A model generated the notes under the pieces. That model saw nothing but the letters and a program-made list of their open reading frames with translations. It made no database searches and had not been told where the DNA came from. This document shows positions 1 to 8,668 of a stretch of 64,000 bases of DNA, in pieces; position 1 is the stretch's first letter; every line of letters begins with the position of its first letter. The stretch is from IMG/VR virus record IMGVR_UViG_3300025849_003344, one strand, 5' to 3'. The DNA is from a virus (Duplodnaviria > Caudoviricetes). The position numbers and the translations under genes are program-made.

Positions 1-539
1 GGAATAGAACGCTTTGACCATACCATATTAAAACGATCTTGTTTAGTCTGATAGTATTCTTTATAAGATCGAACAGGATCACCCTCATACATACATTGTG
101 GTTCATGTTGCATAGCAAGAGGAAAGTCTGTATATAGGTTAGACCATTTAATACCGCTAGGTGGTTTACTTAGCATATCACGTAGCTTAGTCTCTGTGGC
201 ATGGATTTTACCATAACGATGTGTGTATTCTTCGCACAGCGCCACAAAATGTTTATAATGCCATTCGTAATTAGCATTTGTCTGCATAGTCCATACAGTA
301 CACGGGTGACCATGATGTACTGCTTTATATAGTAATTCTTCGTGTGAATGCTTTGGATGGACCCAGTAATTAGACATACGTTTGCCTGATTTCGATGGGC
401 GTTTTTCCACGTAGCCGTCAAGCATACGGTGTGCAGTAGATAGCATTTGTGCTGACTCTACAATCATTTTTACAACATGTTTGTCACATTGTAGTTGTGC
501 CGCTTTTACTGGGCAAGTATCTAGTATAAAGATATTCAT
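1..539 (-). CDS. Pyrimidine-dimer DNA glycosylase / endonuclease V-like protein (3' end runs off the window)
   Basis: Hand translation MNIFILDTCPVKAAQLQCDKHVVKMIVESAQMLSTAHR...HPCTVW matches the denV-like family; GGAGG SD upstream; absent from the ORF track, probably because the stop lies outside the window. Confidence 0.8.
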   Translation of the reverse strand, partial: MNIFILDTCPVKAAQLQCDKHVVKMIVESAQMLSTAHRMLDGYVEKRPSKSGKRMSNYWVHPKHSHEELLYKAVHHGHPCTVWTMQTNANYEWHYKHFVALCEEYTHRYGKIHATETKLRDMLSKPPSGIKWSNLYTDFPLAMQHEPQCMYEGDPVRSYKEYYQTKQDRFNMVWSKRSI

Positions 540-569
540 GTATTATCCCCTCCAACAGAGTACACTCTT

Positions 570-597
570 ATTATACCACGTTGGAGGGAAATGTAAA
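570..597 (-). promoter_or_regulatory. Early sigma70-type promoter
   Basis: TTTACA-N16-TATAAT with TG extended -10. Confidence 0.75.
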
Positions 598-604
598 CCC
601 CTTA

Positions 605-760
605 TTAAGTTAAAGATTGATTAATGCGACTGTCAAGATAGACTTGTTTTGCTAAGATCTTTTGGTAAAGAACATCCTTGCCACGTTGTTTGAGCTTTTC
701 TGCATATTCACGTAGCTCAGTGGAATCTTGGATCAAGCGGTCTAATTGAATTTTTGACAT
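605..760 (-). CDS. Hypothetical protein, 51 aa
   Basis: MSKIQLDRLIQDSTELREYAEKLK...; AAGGA SD; fills the intergenic gap. Confidence 0.6.
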   Translation of the reverse strand: MSKIQLDRLIQDSTELREYAEKLKQRGKDVLYQKILAKQVYLDSRINQSLT

Positions 761-802
761 TCATATTTCCTTAATTTACTTAAAGTTTATAATATCACTT
801 TC

Positions 803-1237
803 TCATAACGAATCTTTCAACAACCCTGGAAAAGCTTCTTCCACGGCGGGTCGTGAAATTCCTTTAGGTGCTCGCTTGTTCGTCATATCAACGACAAGCT
901 GGGCATCCTTTGGATGAATTCCTTCGATGATTTCAAAGAAAATTCTCTCTCTTTTATATGCAGGCATAGCATCATGTTGCGTACCCTTTACAAAGTATAC
1001 AAAACGCTTATGCTCTTTAATTAAATTTTTTGGTGCGCTATGATCCTCTCCTGGCGTGTATGGTGGATCGCCAGGGGGTAACGCAAACTCTACGGTAGAA
1101 TCCATAGATCCTCGTAGTATGTCTTTAAGTGCCCAAGTTTCGTTTGCTTGTAGTACAGCAACAACTTCGGCTTTCGATCTTTTTCTTCGTGCTTCGTCTA
1201 GCACTTCATGAATCATTTTAGGGTAGCTATCAGCCAT
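803..1237 (-). CDS. Hypothetical protein of a type conserved in T4-like marine phages
   Basis: 144 aa, GAGG SD, LPPGDPPY motif; late promoter upstream. Confidence 0.65.
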   Translation of the reverse strand: MADSYPKMIHEVLDEARRKRSKAEVVAVLQANETWALKDILRGSMDSTVEFALPPGDPPYTPGEDHSAPKNLIKEHKRFVYFVKGTQHDAMPAYKRERIFFEIIEGIHPKDAQLVVDMTNKRAPKGISRPAVEEAFPGLLKDSL

Positions 1238-1258
1238 CTTTTCACCTCACTATGTTTT

Positions 1259-1266
1259 TATTTATA
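1259..1266 (-). promoter_or_regulatory. T4-type late promoter (gp55)
   Basis: TATAAATA. Confidence 0.65.
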
Positions 1267-1678
1267 CTTTTACTTTTACGTGTTTTGAATGTATTTTACA
1301 TCCTATGAACTCGTTATAGTAATCATCACTAAGTAATACATCATATTGAAACTGTAGCTTTGCTTCATAGTATGAGCATTCACCTTTACTTATGCATAAT
1401 CTTAGTATCTCTTTATGGTAGTTGTCTATACCCTTTTGCTCAATGAGCTTCTGTACGGCCACGCTGGAGCCCGTGTATGTGTACCAGTCAGACATAACGC
1501 GAGTCTTTACCCGCCTCTTCCTTGTCTTAGTAACGGGTAAGATTTTCGGTTTCCAGAAGAATTTCTTACCGATGTATTTTTTACCGGTATCTAACTCGGT
1601 AATGCAATAGACAAAGCCCTGATAATCCTTAAGATCATCAGGGCCAAGCTCAAAGTTTTTGTTTTCATATAACCACAT
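1262..1678 (-). CDS. GIY-YIG-like nuclease
   Basis: GFVYCIT...KKYIGKK motif pair, later YYE. Confidence 0.6.
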   Translation of the reverse strand: MWLYENKNFELGPDDLKDYQGFVYCITELDTGKKYIGKKFFWKPKILPVTKTRKRRVKTRVMSDWYTYTGSSVAVQKLIEQKGIDNYHKEILRLCISKGECSYYEAKLQFQYDVLLSDDYYNEFIGCKIHSKHVKVKV

Positions 1679-1691
1679 AAGGCTATCTATA

Positions 1692-1829
1692 CTAGTATTC
1701 GTCTGAGTCCATTTCTATAGCATTAGTAGTATTACCACAAAATGGACAATAGTCTGGTGCCATACCAGACTCACTTTCGACTTCACAATCTTCATCACAA
1801 AAACTACATTCAATTTCGTACTTACTCAT
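1692..1829 (-). CDS. Small zinc-ribbon protein, 45 aa
   Basis: Hand translation MSKYEIECSFC...YCPFCGN; two CxxC pairs. Confidence 0.65.
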   Translation of the reverse strand: MSKYEIECSFCDEDCEVESESGMAPDYCPFCGNTTNAIEMDSDEY

Positions 1830-1832
1830 TAA

Positions 1833-3479
1833 TTATGCCTCACAGCTCGCGCAGTTCATGATGTCCCGTACCAACTCTTGAGCTGGATTAGCAGAACGTT
1901 GATAGTAAAAGGTCTTGACTCCAAGTTTCCAACCTTCGATGATAAGAGCATTCACGTCTTTTGCCGATACTTCTGGATGTATCATAATATTTAATGATTG
2001 CGCTTGGTCTATATATTTCTGTCTGGCAGCAGCTTGTTGGACAATAACCAGTGGTGTGATTTCGCTAAATGTTTTAAACACGCTTTTTTCGTGCTCAGTT
2101 AAGAAATCAAGATGCTGTACAGATCCACCGCGCTTTAGTATTGTTAGCCAAGTATCTTCGTCATCTCTGCCATATGTTTCTAATACAGTTTTTAGATATG
2201 GGTTTCGATAAGTAAACTTACCTTTGGCCAGATCCTTTGTAAAGTAGTTAGATGCCAGTGGTTCGATAGATGGGCTAACTTGTCCTAAAATGAAGCTGGA
2301 TGATGTCGTAGGAGCCACAGCAGTCCGCGTGAGGTTACGTTGTCCATAACCTAACATTCCAACAGGCTCTCCATATTCAATCGCTAATTCCTTAGAAGCT
2401 TCTAAGGATTTCTCATCGATGAATTTAGAAACCTTTGTTGCGGTCATATGTGCTTCAAATGATTCGAATGGAATAGATTTCGACTGCAAATAAGAATGCC
2501 AGCCAAGTTGACCTAAACCGAGAGCTCGCCACTTCATAGCAAAGTTACGGGCCGAATCCATGAACTTGATGCCATCAGTCTTCTCAATATACTCTTCCAT
2601 AACAGCATCAAGAAACCAAATCATAGTTTCGACAGCATCAGTTTCCATCCACTCGTCTGCAGTTAGAAGATTCATTGATGCTAGGTTACATACAAATGAT
2701 TCTTCTTCATTAGCAGGCAGACATATCTCTGAGCATAAATTAGATGCCCAAATATTGATGCCCTCATCTTTAAGAACTTGTGGCTTGTTATTGTTTACTG
2801 TATCCTTAAAGAACAAGTAAGGATAACCACTCTCACGGCGCTTGCGAAGTATGCGAGCCCACACAGTGCGCTTATCATTATCTCCTTCAATCATATCCTG
2901 CATCCACTCATCACCAATCGTGACGCCAAGACTTAGGTTTATAATAGAAGAACCTTCTTCACGCGCATCTAGAAATTCCATAATGTCAGGTGATTCTACA
3001 TCAAGATATGCAGCAAATGAACCACGGCGGACATTGCCTTGTGCAACAACATCTACAGTAGTTTCAGTTAAGTTCATAAAGTGTACAGGACCGTCTGCTG
3101 TACCACCAGATTTAATAGGCGTACCACGTGGACGCAAAGCACCAAAGTAACCAGAAGTTCCGGCACCCATTTTAGTTTGCATGCCAACTTCTGCTACTTT
3201 CGTTAGAATAGATTCCATATCATCATTAATGAATACACCATTACATGAGATAGGTAATCCCTTCTTAGTTCCAAAGTTTGACCATACCGGAGACGATAAG
3301 CTATAAAACCCTCGACTCATATAGTCATAAAACTTATCGGCAAAACCTTCTTTATCCAAGATGGTTTCTGCTGTCTGTGCAATACCCCGCACACGTTCCT
3401 CGGCGGTCATGTTACCGTCGATATATCCACGACTTAGGAAGAGTCGTGAATCGTCATTGAGCCAATCAAATGCCATCAT
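1833..3479 (-). CDS. nrdA: Ribonucleotide reductase class I alpha subunit (short, no ATP cone)
   Basis: PISC, SNLCSEI, VAPTTSSS, C-terminal CASCEA. Confidence 0.95.
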   Translation of the reverse strand: MMAFDWLNDDSRLFLSRGYIDGNMTAEERVRGIAQTAETILDKEGFADKFYDYMSRGFYSLSSPVWSNFGTKKGLPISCNGVFINDDMESILTKVAEVGMQTKMGAGTSGYFGALRPRGTPIKSGGTADGPVHFMNLTETTVDVVAQGNVRRGSFAAYLDVESPDIMEFLDAREEGSSIINLSLGVTIGDEWMQDMIEGDNDKRTVWARILRKRRESGYPYLFFKDTVNNNKPQVLKDEGINIWASNLCSEICLPANEEESFVCNLASMNLLTADEWMETDAVETMIWFLDAVMEEYIEKTDGIKFMDSARNFAMKWRALGLGQLGWHSYLQSKSIPFESFEAHMTATKVSKFIDEKSLEASKELAIEYGEPVGMLGYGQRNLTRTAVAPTTSSSFILGQVSPSIEPLASNYFTKDLAKGKFTYRNPYLKTVLETYGRDDEDTWLTILKRGGSVQHLDFLTEHEKSVFKTFSEITPLVIVQQAAARQKYIDQAQSLNIMIHPEVSAKDVNALIIEGWKLGVKTFYYQRSANPAQELVRDIMNCASCEA

Positions 3480-3487
3480 ATACTCCT

Positions 3488-4459
3488 TTAAAATAAATCA
3501 TCTACGCTAATGCCTTTTCCTTTAGCGTATTCAACAGGCCGCTTCTGAAAGAAGTCTGTCATGTTTGCGCCATACAATTCTTCATCAAACCAAAACGTTT
3601 CGTCTGATAAGGCTTTGTCATACACAATTTCACTACTATCAAATCCAATTGAATCAATTGATTCTGCCATACGTTTAGCGATAAAGGCCTTAAGAATATC
3701 AGCACTTAGACCTGGAGCAGAATATCCGTCCATAATCCAATCAATTACCTTGCTCTCTGCCTTTAATGCTTCGATGCACTCTTCTTGTACACGGGCCTGT
3801 AGTTCTTCATCAAATAATTCTGGATACTCTTCACGTAGCGTCTGGATCAGCTTGATGCCTACCTGAGCATGAAGCATCTCTTCGTTACGTGTATATTGTA
3901 CCTGTTGAGCACAATCTTTCATTACTGCTTTATTACGATTAAGGTGCATAATGATATAGAATTGGCTAAACAGAGATACGTTTTCAACAAACAATGTAAA
4001 TAGCATAATAGAATAGATATATTGTTTTTTGTCATCCGCATATACTTTTTGATTGTATTTACGTAAATAATCAACACGCCCCTTAATCACATCAACGTTT
4101 AAGTTCTCTTCAAATACGTGTGTGAGATGCAATACATCTAGGATTTTTTCATAGGCCATGTTGTGAATGACTTCTGAATTGGCCATAGCGTAGCCAAGAT
4201 CCTTGATTGATGGATGTGGCAAATGATTTCCAATATCTGCCCAAAACGATTTTACTGCTATTTCAATTTGACCAATTGCGCTCATAGTCTTAACAACAAC
4301 TTCTTGCTCGGCTGGAGTCAAATCTGTTTTAAACTGCGAGTAGTCTGACCGAAAATTAAATTCATCCGGCGTCCAAAACCCCTTCCAAATTGCTTCGATG
4401 AACTGCTTCGTCCATGGATACAAATCGGGTTTTCGTGCAATTTGTTCTTCAAATAGCAT
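3488..4459 (-). CDS. nrdB: Ribonucleotide reductase class I beta subunit
   Basis: WTPDEF, EVIH..AY, EEMLH diiron motifs; DFFQKRPVEY tail; ATG at 4459 follows GGAG. Confidence 0.95.
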   Translation of the reverse strand: MLFEEQIARKPDLYPWTKQFIEAIWKGFWTPDEFNFRSDYSQFKTDLTPAEQEVVVKTMSAIGQIEIAVKSFWADIGNHLPHPSIKDLGYAMANSEVIHNMAYEKILDVLHLTHVFEENLNVDVIKGRVDYLRKYNQKVYADDKKQYIYSIMLFTLFVENVSLFSQFYIIMHLNRNKAVMKDCAQQVQYTRNEEMLHAQVGIKLIQTLREEYPELFDEELQARVQEECIEALKAESKVIDWIMDGYSAPGLSADILKAFIAKRMAESIDSIGFDSSEIVYDKALSDETFWFDEELYGANMTDFFQKRPVEYAKGKGISVDDLF

Positions 4460-4502
4460 TCGTATCTCCAAAATTTTTGTGATTTCTTTTTACATATGGT
4501 GT

Positions 4503-4531
4503 ATTATATATTAGAAATAATACTTCGTACA
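4503..4531 (-). promoter_or_regulatory. Early promoter for nrdBA
   Basis: TGTACG-N17-TATAAT. Confidence 0.7.
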
Positions 4532-4569
4532 TCGAATAATAGCTAATATGTCACAACATATTTTATATT

Positions 4570-4953
4570 TTATTCGTCTAATTGTGTAATAGATTTTTCA
4601 TAGTACGCAATGATTTCTTTTTGCTGTAGGACATACCTACGCAAATCATTAATACCTATCGCAAGGTTTTCATAGCCCTTTGGCGTAATAGCAATAAATG
4701 CCGGAACACCGCCTTCGGCTTCAACACGAGTAATAAACTCATCAAGATTATCTTCATTAACTACAAACCATTCAACGTCCGGCATATCAACCGGTTTCGG
4801 TGGTTCTTGTAATGCAATATTTGGTTTGACGTATTCAGTCTGAGTTACTATCTCCGGGATCAGCATCCCCGACAGGCAACCGCTCAGCGTCATCGCTAGG
4901 GTCAGTAGGAGTAGTATCTTCCAAAATTTGTTTAATGAGTCTGTCAACACCAC
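4570..4953 (-). CDS. Outer-membrane spanin (Rz1-like lipoprotein)
   Basis: Hydrophobic signal ending LSG|C lipobox, Pro-rich segment, overlaps the i-spanin 3' end. Confidence 0.7.
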   Translation of the reverse strand: MVLTDSLNKFWKILLLLTLAMTLSGCLSGMLIPEIVTQTEYVKPNIALQEPPKPVDMPDVEWFVVNEDNLDEFITRVEAEGGVPAFIAITPKGYENLAIGINDLRRYVLQQKEIIAYYEKSITQLDE

Positions 4954-5284
4954 GGTTTATCCTTTTTTCTAAATCAGCCGGGTCAGCAAGCGCTTCCCGT
5001 GTAATATCAATTTCACTAAACCGCTTTCTAAGTCTGCTCAAACCTGCTTCAGATTTTTGCAATGCTTTTTGCAGTTCTCTGTTATTAGCTTCTTGCTGTT
5101 CAGCTTCTTTTTCTAATGTATCTATAGTATCATTTAATGTATCAGCTGCATTTTGAAGTACAAGATTATTGGCGCTCAGAGTAGCAATCTTCTCCTGGGT
5201 ATCCTCATAATACCATTTAGCTCCATAAACAACAGAACCCATAGTACCTATAACAAATAAAAAGATATAAATTCTAATCATCAA
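4835..5284 (-). CDS. Inner-membrane spanin (Rz-like)
   Basis: N-terminal TM followed by long coiled coil; paired with a lipoprotein. Confidence 0.7.
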   Translation of the reverse strand: MMIRIYIFLFVIGTMGSVVYGAKWYYEDTQEKIATLSANNLVLQNAADTLNDTIDTLEKEAEQQEANNRELQKALQKSEAGLSRLRKRFSEIDITREALADPADLEKRINRGVDRLIKQILEDTTPTDPSDDAERLPVGDADPGDSNSD

Positions 5285-6077
5285 TATACTTTCTAAACCT
5301 CTTTAGAAGTTTTGGTTGCCTGTGTGGCCCGCGTCTCCTGTCGACTACTACAATACCCTGGGGATTTGATCCGGCACCTGCAACTGAAGTTGTAGCAGTA
5401 CCAGGGGCTTCTTCCACTTTAAATTTCTTATCAGGAGTGCTAAAGTTCTTTTTGCGCATAATAGTTTTTGCGTACATCTCTAACTCCTTCTTCTTTGGAT
5501 TCCAATTAAGTACAAACGGAATATTAACATCAGATGCCAAATCGCTCATGACGCCTTCTGCATCATCGCCCATTTTAGCAATAGGTTTACCCCATTTTAT
5601 ATATTCTTTTTTAAACAAAACTGCTAACTCTTTAACAGTAATTTGTTGCTTATTACGGATATCATTTACCCGATCTAAGAAATGCTTAGTGAATTCTACG
5701 TCCATGCCTATTCTAGCAAAGACTTTATCTAAAACCTTTTCTAGTGCATTCAGCTGAAGCTTAGTGACTTTATCTTCGTTTAGCTTATAATCTACAGATT
5801 CATACCTAAACATATTTGAATAGTCAGCAACCTTTTTCCCTTGGTTATTCCATTGTCCCATTTTCATAGCTTGCTCTTTAGCATAAGCCTTCGGACTATA
5901 TGTTTCGTGCCATTCAAACTCTCTTGTGCGTTTATCCCACTCCATAACTTTCCACTCACCTCGGTGGCGTTCATTATGATCAAGTTGCTTTTCAACCATA
6001 AATCTCCGGCCGGTAGGAAACTTAATTTCCTGCTCGCCGTTTGGTCCAGCTCTTTTCCATTTAGGGATAACAGTCAT
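5274..6077 (-). CDS. Hypothetical multi-domain protein, possibly virion-internal
   Basis: Likely start MTVIPKW at 6077; central FTKHFLDR domain; low-complexity EEAPG tail. Confidence 0.6.
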   Translation of the reverse strand: MTVIPKWKRAGPNGEQEIKFPTGRRFMVEKQLDHNERHRGEWKVMEWDKRTREFEWHETYSPKAYAKEQAMKMGQWNNQGKKVADYSNMFRYESVDYKLNEDKVTKLQLNALEKVLDKVFARIGMDVEFTKHFLDRVNDIRNKQQITVKELAVLFKKEYIKWGKPIAKMGDDAEGVMSDLASDVNIPFVLNWNPKKKELEMYAKTIMRKKNFSTPDKKFKVEEAPGTATTSVAGAGSNPQGIVVVDRRRGPHRQPKLLKRFRKYIDD

Positions 6078-6078
6078 G

Positions 6079-6645
6079 CTACTTAACCAACTCCATAGAA
6101 GATACATATATCTCTTGATTTGTGTTTATATGTGTGGCTTTGTAAATATCAATGCCGTTAATATTTCCAACTGGGAATGAATGTTCTAATATACGAATCT
6201 TATCATTACGTCTGACTACTTCTTCACATGTCAGATTTATAGCTTTATCAGTAACAACCCGGTACGTTCCTGGTGATAGCTGTTTGCCTTCTAACATAAA
6301 CCACTGACTTTGCTCAAATAATTCTATACTATTATCTTTGTTAGACTCTATAATTATCTTATTAATACTGGAATCTGATAGCTCAAACTTCTCTTTAAGT
6401 AAAAATAAGGCTGAAGCGTATGAACCGATTTTACCGCCTGGGATAAGTTTCTTAATGTTAAACACCATCCGCATGAACGGTGTCATGGCATCTCGCTCTT
6501 CGGACGTTTTGGATTTTCTTAATCTCTTACCGTTTTCATCAATAAGACCAAGCTCAAAGGCTTTAGTCTTGTTAAACGGCGTAACAAGCAATTTTAAAAA
6601 ACGGAAGGTATAGACAAGATCTGCCGATTTCTTTAGAATACCCAT
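6079..6645 (-). CDS. Conserved T4-like hypothetical protein
   Basis: DLVYTFRFLKLLVTPF N-terminus typical of marine T4-like late region. Confidence 0.65.
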   Translation of the reverse strand: MGILKKSADLVYTFRFLKLLVTPFNKTKAFELGLIDENGKRLRKSKTSEERDAMTPFMRMVFNIKKLIPGGKIGSYASALFLLKEKFELSDSSINKIIIESNKDNSIELFEQSQWFMLEGKQLSPGTYRVVTDKAINLTCEEVVRRNDKIRILEHSFPVGNINGIDIYKATHINTNQEIYVSSMELVK

Positions 6646-7010
6646 TATATTTTCCTTAGTGCCTCTACTACGCTCTTATTCATATGAATATCCGCGTACT
6701 TCGTATTTTCTATATATCGTAAGAAGATTAAAAAAGGCTTTATAACTGGCCAATGTTCATCATCAAGTTTTAATTCCAAGATCCTACAAGCTGGCTCAAT
6801 ACCAAACACATTAAATATAACGATAAGATGATTTAGAATCAATCTATCTGGTAAATCTTTTGCCTGTAGATACTTATTAACTAATCGTTTTACGTAAGTA
6901 AACCTTTTCAGATCTTCATAAAAGTCCTCTGAGCTTGCACCCAGAGGATTATGATAATGCTTCGCTGCGAACAGCATAACATTATGTTCGTTTATATTGT
7001 CAAAATTCAT
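6645..7010 (-). CDS. Conserved T4-like hypothetical protein
   Basis: FAAKHYHNP...EDLKRF...RLILNH. Confidence 0.7.
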   Translation of the reverse strand: MNFDNINEHNVMLFAAKHYHNPLGASSEDFYEDLKRFTYVKRLVNKYLQAKDLPDRLILNHLIVIFNVFGIEPACRILELKLDDEHWPVIKPFLIFLRYIENTKYADIHMNKSVVEALRKI

Positions 7011-7049
7011 AATATTCTCATAAGCTATGTTTCAAACTTATTTATGTAA

Positions 7050-7400
7050 TTACTCAGTGAGTGTTTTCAACTCAGCAAGAAGTGCAGTTTTTGATTTTCT
7101 ACGATCAAGCTCAACTCCATGTTGACGCCCTACAGCTTCTAGTTGAGTCTTAGACATATCATCAAGAGCTACATTGTTTTGTGGTGCTTCGTTTAATTGT
7201 TGCACTATAACTTCCTCTACTACAGGCTCAGGGACGTGAGCTGGAGTCGGTGCAGGAGCACTAACTTCAACTCCGTTATATACATCAATATCTTCCTGCG
7301 TAAGACGTTGCGATTTAAGTAGTTCACCGGTACGAGGCTCTTGCCAACCATTTGGAGTTGGCACAGCATTCTTCGCCCAGCTTGGTGGTTGAATTGCCAT
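7050..7400 (-). CDS. Hypothetical protein with C-terminal HeH/Rho-N-like helical motif
   Basis: LDDMSKTQLEAVGRQHGVELDRRKSKTALL. Confidence 0.55.
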   Translation of the reverse strand: MAIQPPSWAKNAVPTPNGWQEPRTGELLKSQRLTQEDIDVYNGVEVSAPAPTPAHVPEPVVEEVIVQQLNEAPQNNVALDDMSKTQLEAVGRQHGVELDRRKSKTALLAELKTLTE

Positions 7401-7401
7401 A

Positions 7402-7953
7402 TTATGTTGTTCCTTTCACTGGATTAATAATAGCCTTATCACCCTTCATGTTATCACCATTACGTGCAGCCGCTTTTGGACCAACTCGCCCGGCCGCTGC
7501 TGCGTCAGTGTGACCTTTTTCTTCGGTGTCGTTAACTTCTGGTTTATGATCTGCCCGCATTTTCTTTGCAGTAACCGAATCTTTCGAGTCGATCTCTTCA
7601 GCAGGTGCGCCCTCTTTACCGTGCGACGCTTTTTCCCACATTTGCATCATAGCATGTCGCATACCTGACTGAACGCCTACGTATGTTTCTTCGATCTGTG
7701 TTTCAAGGCTTTCAAGCTCGGTAGACTCTTTAGTAGCTTCTTCCTGGCTTTTATCAGTATCCATTTTCTGAGTAGGCTTAACTTCGACTTCAGACTTCTT
7801 ATCTTTTTTGCCTTTATTACGCAGGCCTTTAAAGTCTGCAGCATCAATGTCACCATCTTTGTCGTGATCAAGTTTGTGCTGATCTCCGGCTAGTTTCTTT
7901 TCAGTGACCGCTTGGAATGCAAGGGCCATGTTTCTTATATCTTGAGTTTTCAT
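7402..7953 (-). CDS. Hypothetical charged protein with EF-hand-like loop
   Basis: DHDKDGDIDAADF. Confidence 0.6.
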   Translation of the reverse strand: MKTQDIRNMALAFQAVTEKKLAGDQHKLDHDKDGDIDAADFKGLRNKGKKDKKSEVEVKPTQKMDTDKSQEEATKESTELESLETQIEETYVGVQSGMRHAMMQMWEKASHGKEGAPAEEIDSKDSVTAKKMRADHKPEVNDTEEKGHTDAAAAGRVGPKAAARNGDNMKGDKAIINPVKGTT

Positions 7954-7962
7954 TTTTTATCC

Positions 7963-8244
7963 TTACATAAAAACTTGTGTTGCAATTGCACCTGTGACAG
8001 CGATTATCGTGACCCAGAATAATTTATTAATTAGCATAACAGTGTGCGCGTTGTCCTGCACCTGCTTTTCTATATTGTCGAGCTTCTCCGAAAACTTATT
8101 CATACGATTCCACGAGTCTTCCCTATAAACATTGTATGCTTCTAGTTTCTCTTCGAATCGGGCTATTTGAATAAGAGCATCTGCCAACTTATCAATCTTT
8201 TGTTCTATTCGGTCGAGCCGGGCTTTACCGTCATTACTATCCAT
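7963..8244 (-). CDS. Coiled-coil protein with C-terminal TM helix
   Basis: RLDRIEQKIDKL...LFWVTIIAVTGAIAT. Confidence 0.6.
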   Translation of the reverse strand: MDSNDGKARLDRIEQKIDKLADALIQIARFEEKLEAYNVYREDSWNRMNKFSEKLDNIEKQVQDNAHTVMLINKLFWVTIIAVTGAIATQVFM

Positions 8245-8265
8245 ATTACTAAACTTCCAATTAAA

Positions 8266-8556
8266 TTAACATTTCCAGCGGCGTAGGCTCATAGCCTTAC
8301 GTGTGGGTCTACCTTGGTCGTCTTTCATTGGACCTTTATTCCCGCTCATTCTTGCACAGAAGGATTTTCTCCTACCAGCTGCGGCACTACCTGCTTTAAC
8401 TTTACCAGTCACAGCAGTCTTCAGGTTTCCACCTGTCTTTCTATTGACGGCATCAACACCCTTTTGTGTCATACCGGCACCCTTTTCGGTTGAGATATAG
8501 TGGCCTTTGGCATCTTTACCTCGTTCAATAATAAAATGTTTAAAACTAATCATCAT
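8266..8556 (-). CDS. Small basic putative virion-internal protein
   Basis: Start MMISFKHFIIE; RRKSFCARMSG...SLRRWKC motif. Confidence 0.65.
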   Translation of the reverse strand: MMISFKHFIIERGKDAKGHYISTEKGAGMTQKGVDAVNRKTGGNLKTAVTGKVKAGSAAAGRRKSFCARMSGNKGPMKDDQGRPTRKAMSLRRWKC

Positions 8557-8668
8557 CGTTATTTTCTTTACTATTTTCAGAAGTATCACATTCACCACAA
8601 CAGTCCACTGTCCCGCACTTATCATGAGTCTCGGCCAAAATAGGTACAGGAGTTTCTGTAGTTGTCAT
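8546..8668 (-). CDS. Cys-rich 40 aa peptide
   Basis: Hand translation MTTTETPVPILAETHDKCGTVDCCGECDTS...; overlaps neighbouring stop and start codons. Confidence 0.5.
   Translation of the reverse strand: MTTTETPVPILAETHDKCGTVDCCGECDTSENSKENNDDD

Noticed and set aside
170-421. 83-aa minus-strand ORF in the track
   Set aside because: Out-of-frame shadow of the denV-like gene starting at 539
1262-1678. GIY-YIG gene as a homing endonuclease or intron
   Set aside because: Short, no DNA-binding tail, and nrdA, nrdB and gp43 are uninterrupted
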